The notes: a model not told the origin generated them from the sequence alone. Numbered from the stretch's first letter, positions 9,216 through 19,180 are shown. The stretch is 21,675 nucleotides of DNA from Candidatus Poribacteria bacterium (GCA_046582655.1 JAYGDX010000245.1:1-21675); one strand, 5' to 3'. A program made the numbers and translations.

Positions 9216-10555
9216 ATATTTAGCGAATTACTGGCCAAACGCGCTGCGGAGAACAATCCCATTCGAGTCGGAATTATCGGTGCGGGTAAATTTGGTGGGG
9301 GTTTAATCACCCAGATTATGTCTATGCAAGGTATCGAAGTTTGTGCTGTGGCAGACATCAATCTCGATTACGTAAAACAGGCATATATTACCAATCGCAT
9401 TCCCCCTGAATCCATACAGGTAGCATACACCATCCAAGGGATGAACCAAATTATTCAAAACGGGAAGCTCGCAATCACAGAGGAAGGTCTTTTGGTTGCC
9501 AGAACAGATCTGCTGGATGTCGTAGTTGAAGCAACCGGTATTCCGGAAGTCGGAGCACGCCTGGCTTACGAGACAATAACCCACCACAAACACTTAATTA
9601 TGGTTAATGTTGAGGCGGATGTGACCGTGGGACCATTCCTTAGGCGCCTGGCCGATAACGCTGGCGTTGTTTATTCTCTGGTTGATGGAGACCAACCTGG
9701 TGTAACGATGAACATCGTTGAATGGGCCAGAACACTTGGATTGGAAATTATCGCTGCTGGACGGGGGACGGTGTTCTATGGTGGTGATCGAGCAGGCACG
9801 CCTGACACGGTTCCCGAACGCTTTGGGTTTGACGAGGAAATGCTTAAGCGACGTACGATCAATCTTAAAATGTTTAATTCTTTCCGAGATGGATCCAAGG
9901 CTCAAATTGAAATGTGTGCTTTGGCCAATATGACCGGTTTGTTACCGGATGTAAGAGGTATGCACGAGCCTTCAGTGGACATTGCTGATATTCCACAGGT
10001 CTTTAGCCTTGCTGAGGAAGGAGGTATTCTCCAACAGCACGGTGTAGTTGAGCTTGCCAACAGTATTGGGCCAAATGGCAGGACAATGCTGGAAGATCCA
10101 TTGCGAATGGGCGTTTTTGTTGTTCCGATCATCCTTTTATTCAGGAAGATCTTCATAGCTATCATCTCCATTCGAGTAATGGGCAGAATTATCTGCTTTA
10201 CCGTCCGTATCATTTGGTCGCGGTGGAGGCTCCGATCTCCATTGTCAAAGCTGTACTCTACGGGAAAGCCACTGGTTCGCCATTGCCTGAGCTTGTTACA
10301 GAGGTAATTACGGTGGCAAAACGAAATCTGAAACGTGGCGAGTTACTCGACGGCAGCGGTGGATATACTGTTAACGACCTGACTGAGAAAGTGGAAATCA
10401 CACGCCAAGATGGACTTTTACCTCTTGGGCTCGCTTACGATGCCAAGCTGAAACAGGATGTATCACAGGGCACAGCCATCACCTATGACATGGTAACGTT
10501 GAACCAAGACTCTTTTGTTCTCAAACTGCGTCGTCTTCAGGATGCGGTGGTGTAG
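9216..10555 (+). pseudogene. Homoserine dehydrogenase-like NAD(P)-binding oxidoreductase with C-terminal SAF domain, disrupted
   Basis: RBS GAGAGG (9203-9208) is followed by an in-frame ATA at 9216, then NPIRVGIIGAGKFG, VVVEATGIP, VNVEAD.TVG and GDQPG. Frameshift near 10124 (GVFVV / DHPFIQEDL...YRPYHLV), then SAF motif AKRNLKRGELLDGSGGYTV. Confidence 0.85.
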
Positions 10556-10582
10556 AAACCTTTCACCAGTTGGGTCACGTAT

Positions 10583-10632
10583 CGTTAAGGCTATGGGCTA
10601 TCCTGGTAGCGTTAAGCTATGGGCTATCCTGG
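10583..10632. repeat. Two-copy tandem duplication (~24 bp unit)
   Basis: CGTTAAGGCTATGGGCTATCCTGG (10583-10606) and CGTTAAGCTATGGGCTATCCTGG (10610-10632). Confidence 0.85.
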
Positions 10633-10803
10633 CGCGGGGTCGTGACAGGCTAAGTCCGTCAGTAAATAGTCCCACGGAACCATCGAAAAGATATGCACAG
10701 CATCGAAACAGCAGGCGCGCACTTCGGATGTGGGCCTGCACCATAGGGTTAAGCCCTACCCCTAAGCGAATCCGTTCCTTACCAATTGGTAAAATAAGAT
10801 CTT

Positions 10804-11631
10804 TTAACTTGAGGAATTGATAGTTCTGTCCTGGAACTGAAATTTCAAAACAGCCCATATGGGTCGATGGTCTGAGAGCGGTTTCCCATATTGTTCCCAT
10901 TCCACTCGGTACTGCGACATCTGTTTGTTTTCATGCTGTGGATTGAAGGCGTTGTAAATGACCCCACCCTCAATCGCTCTGGCGGCAGAGGAGGTGTTGA
11001 AATAAATATGATCGATCACGCCAGATTCGGTTCCAGATTCGATATGTTGATGTGTACTCAAATGAGTTGTCTCAATTTCAAGATCAATCCACATCGACTG
11101 CATACCTGTGTTTTCGATCTGATTCAATGATGCATCTCCAAGATGACTGTTTAGATCGCCCATGATCACCAGATTCGTTGCCATGGATTTTTGGATTACT
11201 GACTCGACGATAAATTCTGCGGCAGAACCATCCACTGCTTCGGTGAAGTAGGGGCGTCCTGGAATGTGGGTGGAATAAAGCAAAATCGGAACGCGTCGAA
11301 CGATGGCCTGGGCACCAACCATAGAAGCGGGAGCCCATCCTTTTGCATCGATAGTGATTTCATGTGTTTTGGTCAGCGGTGTCCGGCTCAGAAGGGACTT
11401 GTACTTGTCTTTATGATTTGCCGAAGATATCTCGCCTACATAGGTATATTCCATTCCCAGAATGCGCCCAACCCGTTCGGTCCAATCGCCACCGGGAACC
11501 TCACTAAAACCGATGACATCCAACTGATAAGGCTTGAACATTTCACCGATTCGTTCGGGTTCTGCCCAGTTTCCGAAGAGGACATTATAGCTCGCCAGTC
11601 GAACTTGAGTTGTCTTAATAAGGTTGTCCAT
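10804..11631 (-). CDS. Endonuclease/exonuclease/phosphatase (EEP) family protein
   Basis: Motifs RLASYNV, DVIGFSEV, YSTH, IMGDLN, IDHIY and SDHRPIWA. ATG at 11631 is preferred; GTG at 11649 is an alternative. Confidence 0.92.
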   Translation of the reverse strand: MDNLIKTTQVRLASYNVLFGNWAEPERIGEMFKPYQLDVIGFSEVPGGDWTERVGRILGMEYTYVGEISSANHKDKYKSLLSRTPLTKTHEITIDAKGWAPASMVGAQAIVRRVPILLYSTHIPGRPYFTEAVDGSAAEFIVESVIQKSMATNLVIMGDLNSHLGDASLNQIENTGMQSMWIDLEIETTHLSTHQHIESGTESGVIDHIYFNTSSAARAIEGGVIYNAFNPQHENKQMSQYRVEWEQYGKPLSDHRPIWAVLKFQFQDRTINSSS

Positions 11632-11687
11632 CTTTGGTAAACACCCCACTCATGTCTCTTGGTTAGTCATCGCACATCATACATTGT

Positions 11688-11758
11688 GACTTATAGCTAA
11701 GCTCATCGGCGGCTTTAGGCACAGCGTAAATGCCGTCCAGTGCAACGCTTGATTCGCC
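11688..11758 (-). other. Degenerate integron attC site (attC-1, 71 bp)
   Basis: Minus strand: GGCGAAT caagc GTTGCACT ggacggc atttacgctgtgcctaaa gccgcc GATGAGC ttagct ATAAGTC. This fits the R''-5 nt-L''-stem-loop-L'-6 nt-R' layout and starts 2 nt after a stop codon. Core triplets are mutated (AAC to AAT, GTT to ATA). Confidence 0.7.
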
Positions 11759-11760
11759 GT

Positions 11761-12804
11761 CTACCTCGCCAGTCGCCAGCCCGAAGCATCGGCCGCCAGC
11801 GCCGTGTGGCCTTTGTAACGGTCGTACACCTTGTGCATCTCCTCAATCGTGTCGAAGTAGCCCACAATGTGGACCGCACTGAAGGATTCGCCTGCCTTCA
11901 CTAGCTTGCCGTGGATCTCCAGAATCATGACGATGATATTCCCGGGGCGCTGGCTGCACCACGCCTCATAGACTATAGACGGTTCAAGTGTCAGACCCGC
12001 CAGCCAAGGACCGGCTTCACCCGTCTTCTTGTCCCGCAGACGGTAGGCACGAATGAAATCCGGCGGCATTTTGTTTAAGTCGCGGCGATAACCGAACTTT
12101 AGGTCCGGTGAGAACGGGGTAAAGAACTCGCTAGACGGGATGTGCACCCCTTTGGGGCCGCTTAGATAGCTGAGATAGATTTCGCTGAATGTGTCGCCCT
12201 TCTCATGGCGGACACACCCTGGTGTGTCGTTGCGGAGGAACATCTCCTGTGAATCGTTGACGCTGTCGATCTGGTCCATCAACACGAAGAACCGCTCGCC
12301 TTTGGGGAAGACGACCAGTTGCGTCCAGCGCGATCCAGCTTCGCAACTGAGAGCAGCGTACTCGTACTGATAAGTTGTCTTGACCGCGATGAAGTCTGTG
12401 GTGTGGATGACGTCTGGCTGCACAGGCTTCATCCGGTGGCAGAGCTGTGGACCTTCGACCATACGCTTACGGTGACTACTACCATGGGCCATCAGGGCAT
12501 AGAATTGCCTATCCGGTTCGGTCTCGTTCTCATACCAGGTATATCGGCCGACGCCATGTCCGTCCGGAGCGATTACCTGGCTACCATAATTTTCGTCGCT
12601 GCCCGACTCCATGAGCCAATCGATGACCATCAAGCCATCGCCGATTTCTCGGAAGCCGGTTGTCTTGTCGAGAAATGATCCTTTCTCGATTCCGGTCATC
12701 CAATGTTTAGGGTTTTTCTTGGGAATGACGGCTTCGAGTTTGTCGGTCTCGATTTTGATAGCATGGTCGTCCTCGCTCAGGTGTATCCATTCGTTGTCCT
12801 GCAT
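11761..12804 (-). CDS. Hypothetical protein (347 aa), gene-cassette-like
   Basis: Long uninterrupted ORF with RBS GGAGGA before the ATG at 12804 (MQDNEW...). Visibly more GC-rich than its flanks and directly followed by attC-1. No family recognised. Confidence 0.85.
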   Translation of the reverse strand: MQDNEWIHLSEDDHAIKIETDKLEAVIPKKNPKHWMTGIEKGSFLDKTTGFREIGDGLMVIDWLMESGSDENYGSQVIAPDGHGVGRYTWYENETEPDRQFYALMAHGSSHRKRMVEGPQLCHRMKPVQPDVIHTTDFIAVKTTYQYEYAALSCEAGSRWTQLVVFPKGERFFVLMDQIDSVNDSQEMFLRNDTPGCVRHEKGDTFSEIYLSYLSGPKGVHIPSSEFFTPFSPDLKFGYRRDLNKMPPDFIRAYRLRDKKTGEAGPWLAGLTLEPSIVYEAWCSQRPGNIIVMILEIHGKLVKAGESFSAVHIVGYFDTIEEMHKVYDRYKGHTALAADASGWRLAR

Positions 12805-13106
12805 AGATCCATCCTCCAGATGCTGGCAGATTGCTAAGCCGTCCATTTCGTCCCCGCTATGCGGTTTCCTACCAAAATGTGCCTTAAGCCGCCACATACA
12901 TTTTCGTAAAAAGTGTCCGGTAGTGAAATTAGGTCAGAAACGTCTCAGTGGCTGTACTATCCACTGGTTTCATCTGTTTTTTTATCGACTTAACTGCTAG
13001 GTGGGATTATATCATGATTCGGTTAGAGATGAAACGGAAGACTCCAATTTAATCAATATCGTCTTTACCAGTGCTAGCTATATAATACCAAGTTGAAATC
13101 AATATC

Positions 13107-13319
13107 TTACAATTGCCAACGATTTGTTAGGCTTAGCTCATTCATGCCATCTTCGAGTGCGACGATGTCCAAATTTTCAAAAGGTTGCTTGAGTGAAATA
13201 TGCGGTAGTAGGCAGCAGTCAATGGTGTCAATCCGATATCTTTGGTGGATTTCCCAAGCCAGTTTTCGCACCCAGCTACGAACTTTCGTACTCACAAGAA
13301 AAGCGAAAGTTGCTTTCAT
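13107..13319 (-). pseudogene. N-terminal fragment of a 2'-5' RNA ligase (2H phosphoesterase) family protein
   Basis: RBS GGAGGT, then MKATFAFL...VRKLAWEIHQRY...PHISLKQPF. The first HxS motif is present; the ORF ends after ~70 aa with no second motif. Confidence 0.65.
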
Positions 13320-13366
13320 AGCTGACCTCCGAACGGTTGGTTCGGTCACAGAAATTCTTGAATGAT

Positions 13367-14749
13367 TCAACGATCAAAAGGTATCACATCATCCAACCAA
13401 CTATTATAACAGGAACCACCACGGGTATATAAGGCATCAAAAACTTTCGTTAACGCAGCGGCAACCTGATCGCAGTCGCACTCTGTCCACCACTGATCGA
13501 CGTGGACATTTACATGGCGATTCGTTAAGTCTACTGAACGCGGACACATATCGGGTGAATATTCAACTGCCGCCGCTTCACTGGCTTTGGGACAATCCCA
13601 CGGACATCCGTCCGAGGTTGCGGGCATTTTTTGCAGAATCATGTCCACGTGTTGGTAATAGTGCCAGTCGGAACCGGGATTTTGTCCGCGGGTGCCACAG
13701 GCAATCCCCTCAGCACGGAGTGCAGCAACCACGAGCTCTGATTCTTGGGCGTTTTCTGGGAAGAAGCCGATAGTATACCCCATCTCGCCATTGATGTCGT
13801 GGATGACTTGAGGCGTCAACTCTTTGTATACAGCGAGTGTGCTCATGATGCGACGTTTGTTGGTTCGCCAGCGATTCAACTGCGCTTCCATTTTTCGGAA
13901 CTGAACCAGTAAAACGGTTCCCTCCAACTCCGACATGCGGTAGTTCAATCCACAGAACAGTTCACCGTCCCAACGCGGCTTTTCACAACGAATTGGACGC
14001 CACAATCCACCTCCCTCCGACCACTGCTGTGCTCGTGCGTAGAGGTCGTCGCCGTCCGTTACAATCATTCCACCTTCTCCACCGCCTGTAGTTTTATAAG
14101 CACTGATGCTAAAGCAACCGAGGTCGCCGATTGTACCGATGCGTCGACCGCGAAAACTTGCACCGCATGCTTGGGCACAGTCCTCGATAACCTGAATACC
14201 ATGTTTTCTGGCGATTTCCATGATGGAGTCCATGTTACAGACATAGCCGTTCATGTGAACGGGTGCAATTGCCTTCGTGCGCGGCGTGATTTTCCTCTCT
14301 AGGTCTACCGGGTCAATCGTCATCGATTCGTCAATCTCGCACCAGATGGGGATCCCCCGTGTGACAACCACCGCCATAGCCGTCGCCGCAAATGTATATC
14401 CTGGCACAATGACTTCGTCTCCACAACCAACATCAGCGGCGACATAGGCAGTATGAAGGGCAGCCGTGCCAGAGGTAACTGCCAAAACATGTTTCACATC
14501 AAATAACGCTGCAGCTTGCGATTCGAGTTGGGACACCTTCGATTGCGGTTTATAACGTACGAGAAACGGTCCCCCACCGAGGTCGTCCTTCTTGATGAGA
14601 TGGCGGATCTGATTGACGGTTTCCTGCGAGTACCCCCATGTATCTGCTATCTCAAGGAATTCCTCGTGGCTGATTTTGGGAGGTCCTTTTCCCTCAAATG
14701 CTTCGATCGCTTTAGAACCGCCGTTGATTGCGAGTGCATCTTTGTCCAT
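13367..14749 (-). CDS. DegT/DnrJ/EryC1/StrS family PLP-dependent aminotransferase
   Basis: RBS GGAGAG before MDKDALAINGG. Motifs TSGTAAL, GDEVIVPGYTF.AT, IEDCAQA.G, FSISAYKTTGGGEGG (PLP lysine) and GLNYRMSEL. Confidence 0.94.
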   Translation of the reverse strand: MDKDALAINGGSKAIEAFEGKGPPKISHEEFLEIADTWGYSQETVNQIRHLIKKDDLGGGPFLVRYKPQSKVSQLESQAAALFDVKHVLAVTSGTAALHTAYVAADVGCGDEVIVPGYTFAATAMAVVVTRGIPIWCEIDESMTIDPVDLERKITPRTKAIAPVHMNGYVCNMDSIMEIARKHGIQVIEDCAQACGASFRGRRIGTIGDLGCFSISAYKTTGGGEGGMIVTDGDDLYARAQQWSEGGGLWRPIRCEKPRWDGELFCGLNYRMSELEGTVLLVQFRKMEAQLNRWRTNKRRIMSTLAVYKELTPQVIHDINGEMGYTIGFFPENAQESELVVAALRAEGIACGTRGQNPGSDWHYYQHVDMILQKMPATSDGCPWDCPKASEAAAVEYSPDMCPRSVDLTNRHVNVHVDQWWTECDCDQVAAALTKVFDALYTRGGSCYNSWLDDVIPFDR

Positions 14750-15047
14750 TTTTCTCTCCAGATTCAAAGTTGGGCTATCTCCTTCATAGCTTATATTACC
14801 ATGGAGGACATTGTCATTTGGAAAAGGCAAGTGTTTTTCTAACTAGCCGAGCCATTCCTTGACACGATTTACAGTTAAAACCCTCGATTCGGTTGTTTTC
14901 TCCACTCGACTTCCCCAAAGGGCGACATCGCTTTTCATAACACTTGTTTGTAAGCCTTCCACCAATCAGTTTAACAGCGGCACATTGACGACAAACGGGT
15001 GGTAACTATGACAACAAATTGAGGGGCGATCTGACAAGACAAATTCC

Positions 15048-16489
15048 TCATAGATAAGGATAGGTCGCTTCCGGGTCATAGTCAGGCAGTAGTTCATCAT
15101 GGGACTGACCAGGAATTAATGTTGTGCCGTCCGTAAAACCTTCTGGACGATCTTTGAGGAATTCGATCATGCGGTTTCGCCAAGGTTGCATTTTGGTTTC
15201 AGCATCGGGCTCGCGAGAAATATCGTGCGTTTCATGAGGGTCTGCCTCCAGATTGAAGAGGTGCTCTTTGCCCATTTGGGAATACCATATATATTTGTAG
15301 CACCCGTCGGTAACGTAGTGGTTGCCATGATTGTAAGCATAACAGCCCGCGTGTTCTCCGTGCAGGAATTTCCTGATACGGTCGGTGTCGCCCTGCATTA
15401 TGGGCAGGAGGCTTTTGCCTATGCAGGTTTCGGGAATGTCGATACCAGCACAGGATGGTAGGCATGATGTCCTGAATGCCAACGGGGCTTTCGCAAGTGA
15501 TTTCCTTAGGATATCCCCATTTCTGTGGGGCACGCATGAGAAAAGGAATTCGGGCTGAAGCCTCGTAGGGCCACGTCTTACGAAAGAGGTTGTGGTCACC
15601 CAGCATTTCGCCATGATCGGAAGTAAAAACGGTCAGGCAGTTTTTGAGACCACCAACATATTGAATGAGACGACCAACCTGGTCGTCTACAAAATTGATC
15701 ATGCCGTAATAAGCAGCACGAGAACAGCACATGTCATGTTCGTCGAGGCAAATTTCCCAAGCATTGGGGTCAAGCCCCTTCTGGGGCCACCAAATTCGGG
15801 TGCCCAGTCGCCGATGATGGGATTGGGCAAGTCCCGGTGGATATAATGATCGTAGTAGGCCGCCGGTGGCGTGAGGGGCGGGTGGAGGTCAATAAAGGAA
15901 ATGTTGAGGAAAAACGGGAGGGTCGGATCGCGTTTTCGCAGGAAGTCCATCGCTCGATCAATACACCAAAAGGTATGCATCTGTTCTTCGGGCAGGTGGT
16001 GCGGGGGCGACCGATCCATCCGTTGGAGGAGATGCCGTGGGCCATGCCGGGATGTACTTCGTTGCGTTGGTGGTATTGCTGAAGCCATTCGACGTAGTCG
16101 TTGTGGTCACCCCGGGTGGCATCAGCAAGCTGCATATGATCGAAGCTGTAGCACTTGCGTATGGGGGTCAGGTGAAGTTTGCCGATCATCTCAGTTTGAT
16201 AGCCCGCTCTGGACAGTTCGCCAGCTAGGGTGTGAGGAGGGTTCCATTGTGTGCTTTTGAAACCGACTGCTCCATTCGCCGCAGGTGCCGCGCCGGTCAT
16301 GAGGACACAGCGAGCAGGAATACAGCTAGGACATTCGGAGTATCCGCGGCGAAAGTGCGTTCCTGTGCGGGCAACCCAGTCCAAGTTGGGGGTTTGCAGA
16401 TAAGAAGGACCATGAGAGTCGAGACTAAGGCAGTCGCCACGTTGTTGATCGATCGTAATGAGCAGGATGTTGGGACGGGAGTCGGGCAT
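15048..16489 (-). pseudogene. Sulfatase (arylsulfatase/choline sulfatase-like), three frameshifts
   Basis: MPDSRPNILLITIDQQRGD, CIPAR and GKLH lie in ORF 15770-16570. The protein continues in ORFs 15699-16088 (PFFLNISF..LHPP), 15232-15732 (YYGMINFVDDQVGR, FTSDHGEMLGDH) and 15048-15614 (YKYIW, LFNLEADPHE). Shifts are near 16005, 15770 and 15450. Confidence 0.9.
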
Positions 16490-16490
16490 A

Positions 16491-16880
16491 TCAACTTCCG
16501 GATTCAGGGATGCCAAGCGAGGCGTGGATCTGGACAAATTTCCAAGTGTTCGCTTCTTTTTCCAGAACACCAGTCATTCGGATTACCAGTTCTTCTTCTA
16601 CGCCTTGCCACTTGAGACTCCAAATTTGGCGCGTGTAGAACCAGGCGACGGTGTCACGTTCTTGTATGTCAAGATACTCAAATTCGATGGTGAAGTCTTC
16701 TGTGCTGGCTACGTGGTGACGATAATAGTCCGGCGCGTTCTGACCTCCTTCGATGAATTCGTTTTCATCAGTGCCTATTTTGGCAAAGTAAGACGCCTGC
16801 GACATAAGGTCGACCAGTTGCTGGGCATCTCCTGCAGTGAGTGCGTCAAAATAGGCATGTATGGTTTGTCCAGCGTTCAA
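16491..16880 (-). CDS. SnoaL-like / NTF2-fold protein
   Basis: YFDALTAGD, IGTDENE, DTVAW and RMTGVLEK...WKFVQIHAS. Probable TTG start at 16880 after AGGA. The stop lies 1 nt before the sulfatase ATG (TGAtATG). Confidence 0.85.
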   Translation of the reverse strand: MNAGQTIHAYFDALTAGDAQQLVDLMSQASYFAKIGTDENEFIEGGQNAPDYYRHHVASTEDFTIEFEYLDIQERDTVAWFYTRQIWSLKWQGVEEELVIRMTGVLEKEANTWKFVQIHASLGIPESGS

Positions 16881-16974
16881 ACGTCTATATCCTAATAGTG
16901 TGCTGAGTTCTATCAAGTCGAGCAAGGAACCGTTGCCAAAATTGATTTTGGTCTGGTCGGCGTCACAATCAAAA

Positions 16975-17178
16975 GGAGAAAGTGCGCCTTCGCCATTGCT
17001 GAGATGCTATTTTCCAAAGTGACCGCGTATCCGCTTTGCCGTAACAGGCGGGTGACGGCAACTGAATCGGGGTCAAGAAATTGGGCATACTGCGGACAGC
17101 ATTTTGCTCGTGTTGTGCGAAGTGTCCGCGAATGCCCAGTAGGCGGGGACCGGTCATCAACGCGAGTCGGCTGATGGG
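16975..17178 (-). pseudogene. Short internal fragment of another sulfatase
   Basis: Across frames: SRLALMTG...LGIRGHFAQHEQNAVRSMPN / FLDPDSVAVTRLLRQSGYA / GHFGK*HL, matching the sulfatase SRxxLMTG and GYxTGHFGKWHL motifs. Confidence 0.75.
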
Positions 17179-17387
17179 AATTCCTCTTTTCTTTCCACCC
17201 TTGCTGCTAGGCTTTTACAATAGCATAGCGATGATTGCGTTCGTCATGAATTCCTGCTACCTTGTCTTATGTTCAGAGGTAGCCACTAAGAAAGCTCACG
17301 CTTCACTTCAGGATTGCCCGAGCCCAGGTCTTACATCCTGTTCACATGCGTTTAACCTGTCGACGTAGCCACTACTGTCAGATAAGC

Positions 17388-17446
17388 GCTCATATTGAGT
17401 ATTGTAGAATGCAGTTGAGTATGTGTCAACTCAACTGTTGAGTATT
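17388..17446. repeat. Cluster of TTGAGTAT direct repeats and overlapping palindromes
   Basis: TTGAGTAT at 17395, 17415 and 17438; inverted repeat CAGTTGAGT-N8-ACTCAACTG (17412-17437); palindrome ACTCAA-CTG-TTGAGT (17429-17443). Confidence 0.7.
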
Positions 17447-17674
17447 TCCCGAGCAGTTGGGGCTGATCCTACCCAGTCTTGGATAAACCTAGCAACAAGA
17501 TCAAAAGGGAGAGGAGGCCCCAACTCGAAAAACCCTCAAAGTACAATAGCCCATTCCGAACGGGTAGGCATTTCAAACCCATTCTATTTTGGACAACACT
17601 CAACGACTACCAACTCGATGCTAGTTTCGTTCTCATCGAATGGACGAACGCTGAACCGTTAAGGGATCAACGTG

Positions 17675-17915
17675 TCATCGAAGGCGACTCGAACCGATGT
17701 AGTAAAGTTTCGCTTCCTCGGCAGTTTGGTTGTAGGCAACCTTGCATTGCCTGTGAGAGGAAACTTGGAAGAGGACGCACGAAGGAAAACCTTGTCAAAC
17801 TTCAGGCCTCTCACCTTATGAATCGGAGAGACGGTTATGCCCTTCGGCCGTGTTCCACACTTTCTGGTAATGTGGGGTAAAATCGGATGTCATGAATTTC
17901 TCAACGAACTCTACA
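17675..17915 (-). pseudogene. C-terminal remnant of a UvrD-like (SF1) helicase domain
   Basis: Not in the ORF track. ITVSPIHKVRGLKFDKVFL from 17838 (compare motif V, TIHKxKGLEFDxV) and, after a frameshift, AEEAKLYYIGSSR (compare motif VI, EExRLxYVxxTRA). Confidence 0.75.
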
Positions 17916-18039
17916 TGGTGCCCAACGCTATCCACTTCCCTTTACCGTGAACTCCCAGAGCTTACGGATAACGGCTCCATACCTTCACATCGGTTGATGC
18001 GATCCGCTAGCTTCTCGGTCGAGCCATGCCATGCACTTC

Positions 18040-19170
18040 CTATCGATGGTCCTGACTCTTCAAAGTGAATGTGTTACCTGTGACCAAGCACAACGACAAT
18101 AGGCGAATGCTATCTTGATAATATGCCTCGCGCTGGGAGAACTGAGAATCCCTTGCTGCTTGCAGTTCATCCTTCCGTTTGTTCACAAAAAGACTGCACA
18201 TATGCGGTGCTGTAAATGCTCCGTCAGTCCACTCATTCAGAGGCTTCCCATCTAAACGATAACCCGCCATAAAATCATCATTAGGAACTTTGCCGATCCC
18301 GAGGTTAAAGATCCTTAGGAGATGTCGGGCGTCTTTGTCATTGTTTTCGATCACAGCTGCTGCCAATCGCCACGGGACCCGGCAGGCATTGTAGTACATC
18401 ATACCGTCGTAATCACTTTCGAGAAAATTCGGTGGTGCCGGTTCCCAGCCGGTTTTACCCTTGACGACAAAATCAGGAAAGACCCCCTCATAAAGCGACA
18501 TCTGTCGCAGGATGCCATAGTGAACGTCCTTGACACGTCGCCAAAGTTTGCGGTTTGACACCTGCGCAAATGCATCAAAATGAGTGGGCATGATGTCAGA
18601 CAACCTTGTGGCATGCTGATCCTTGTCCCAGTCTCCCAGCCGCAGTGAGTAATCCGGCCTGATAAGTGAAGCTTCGATGCCCGCCAGAACCTCCTTCGCC
18701 TCCGCCATATATTCTGGAGCTCTCCACACATATGTGGCAAGGATCAATGCGTAGGCAATGTCAAGATCACCATCAGTTGCACAAGTGGTCTCCTTAGGAG
18801 TGCCTACCTTGTCATCCACATACCATGACATCAACCGCGAATCAATTCGGCTCTTGAACTGCCTCCGAAAGATGTCGAGCGCATCAAAGTCTTTCCTCGC
18901 AGTATCTTCATGAAACCGGGACATGTATACGCAAATGAGCATTCCATATCCATGTGCCTCCGAGCATGTTGTCCGATTATCTTTGTAATCGACAAATCCG
19001 CCTCCATCAACCAGCTGACTGCGCTTTAGATATTTGTTTCTCCAGTATTCATAGTAGTTCTGCAGGTTTCTGTTATCTGCGTCTTCAGCAAAGCACTCAA
19101 TGCCTGAACCCAGAAATAGACACACAACAATCAAGGATATGAGCATCTTCGTCATAGGGAATTCACCCAT
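18040..19170 (-). CDS. Secreted glycoside hydrolase family 8 protein
   Basis: Signal peptide, TCSEAHGYGML (catalytic Glu), ATDGDLDIAYALILA and YNACRVPWR. Start at 19170 or 19155; begins 10 nt after attC-2. Confidence 0.93.
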   Translation of the reverse strand: MGEFPMTKMLISLIVVCLFLGSGIECFAEDADNRNLQNYYEYWRNKYLKRSQLVDGGGFVDYKDNRTTCSEAHGYGMLICVYMSRFHEDTARKDFDALDIFRRQFKSRIDSRLMSWYVDDKVGTPKETTCATDGDLDIAYALILATYVWRAPEYMAEAKEVLAGIEASLIRPDYSLRLGDWDKDQHATRLSDIMPTHFDAFAQVSNRKLWRRVKDVHYGILRQMSLYEGVFPDFVVKGKTGWEPAPPNFLESDYDGMMYYNACRVPWRLAAAVIENNDKDARHLLRIFNLGIGKVPNDDFMAGYRLDGKPLNEWTDGAFTAPHMCSLFVNKRKDELQAARDSQFSQREAYYQDSIRLLSLCLVTGNTFTLKSQDHR

Positions 19171-19180
19171 TATGCTTAAA

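Noticed and set aside
10120..10130. Programmed frameshifting as an explanation for the split genes (also near 4272)
   Set aside because: No canonical slippery heptamer at the junctions, and the same genes carry other lesions.
11708..12893. 16-bp inverted repeat (15/16) at 11708-11723 and 12878-12893 flanking the hypothetical gene
   Set aside because: One arm lies inside attC-1, there is no target duplication, and a few such matches are expected by chance in 21 kb.
12946..12985. CAGTGG-N9-CCACTG hairpin with a nearby T-run as a terminator
   Set aside because: Short stem, long loop, T-run not adjacent and no plus-strand gene upstream.
12908..17386. CACTAC-starting sequences reminiscent of IS4-type ends (12925 on minus, 17370 on plus)
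   Set aside because: They face away from each other, share little beyond 6 nt and have no transposase remnant that I can identify.
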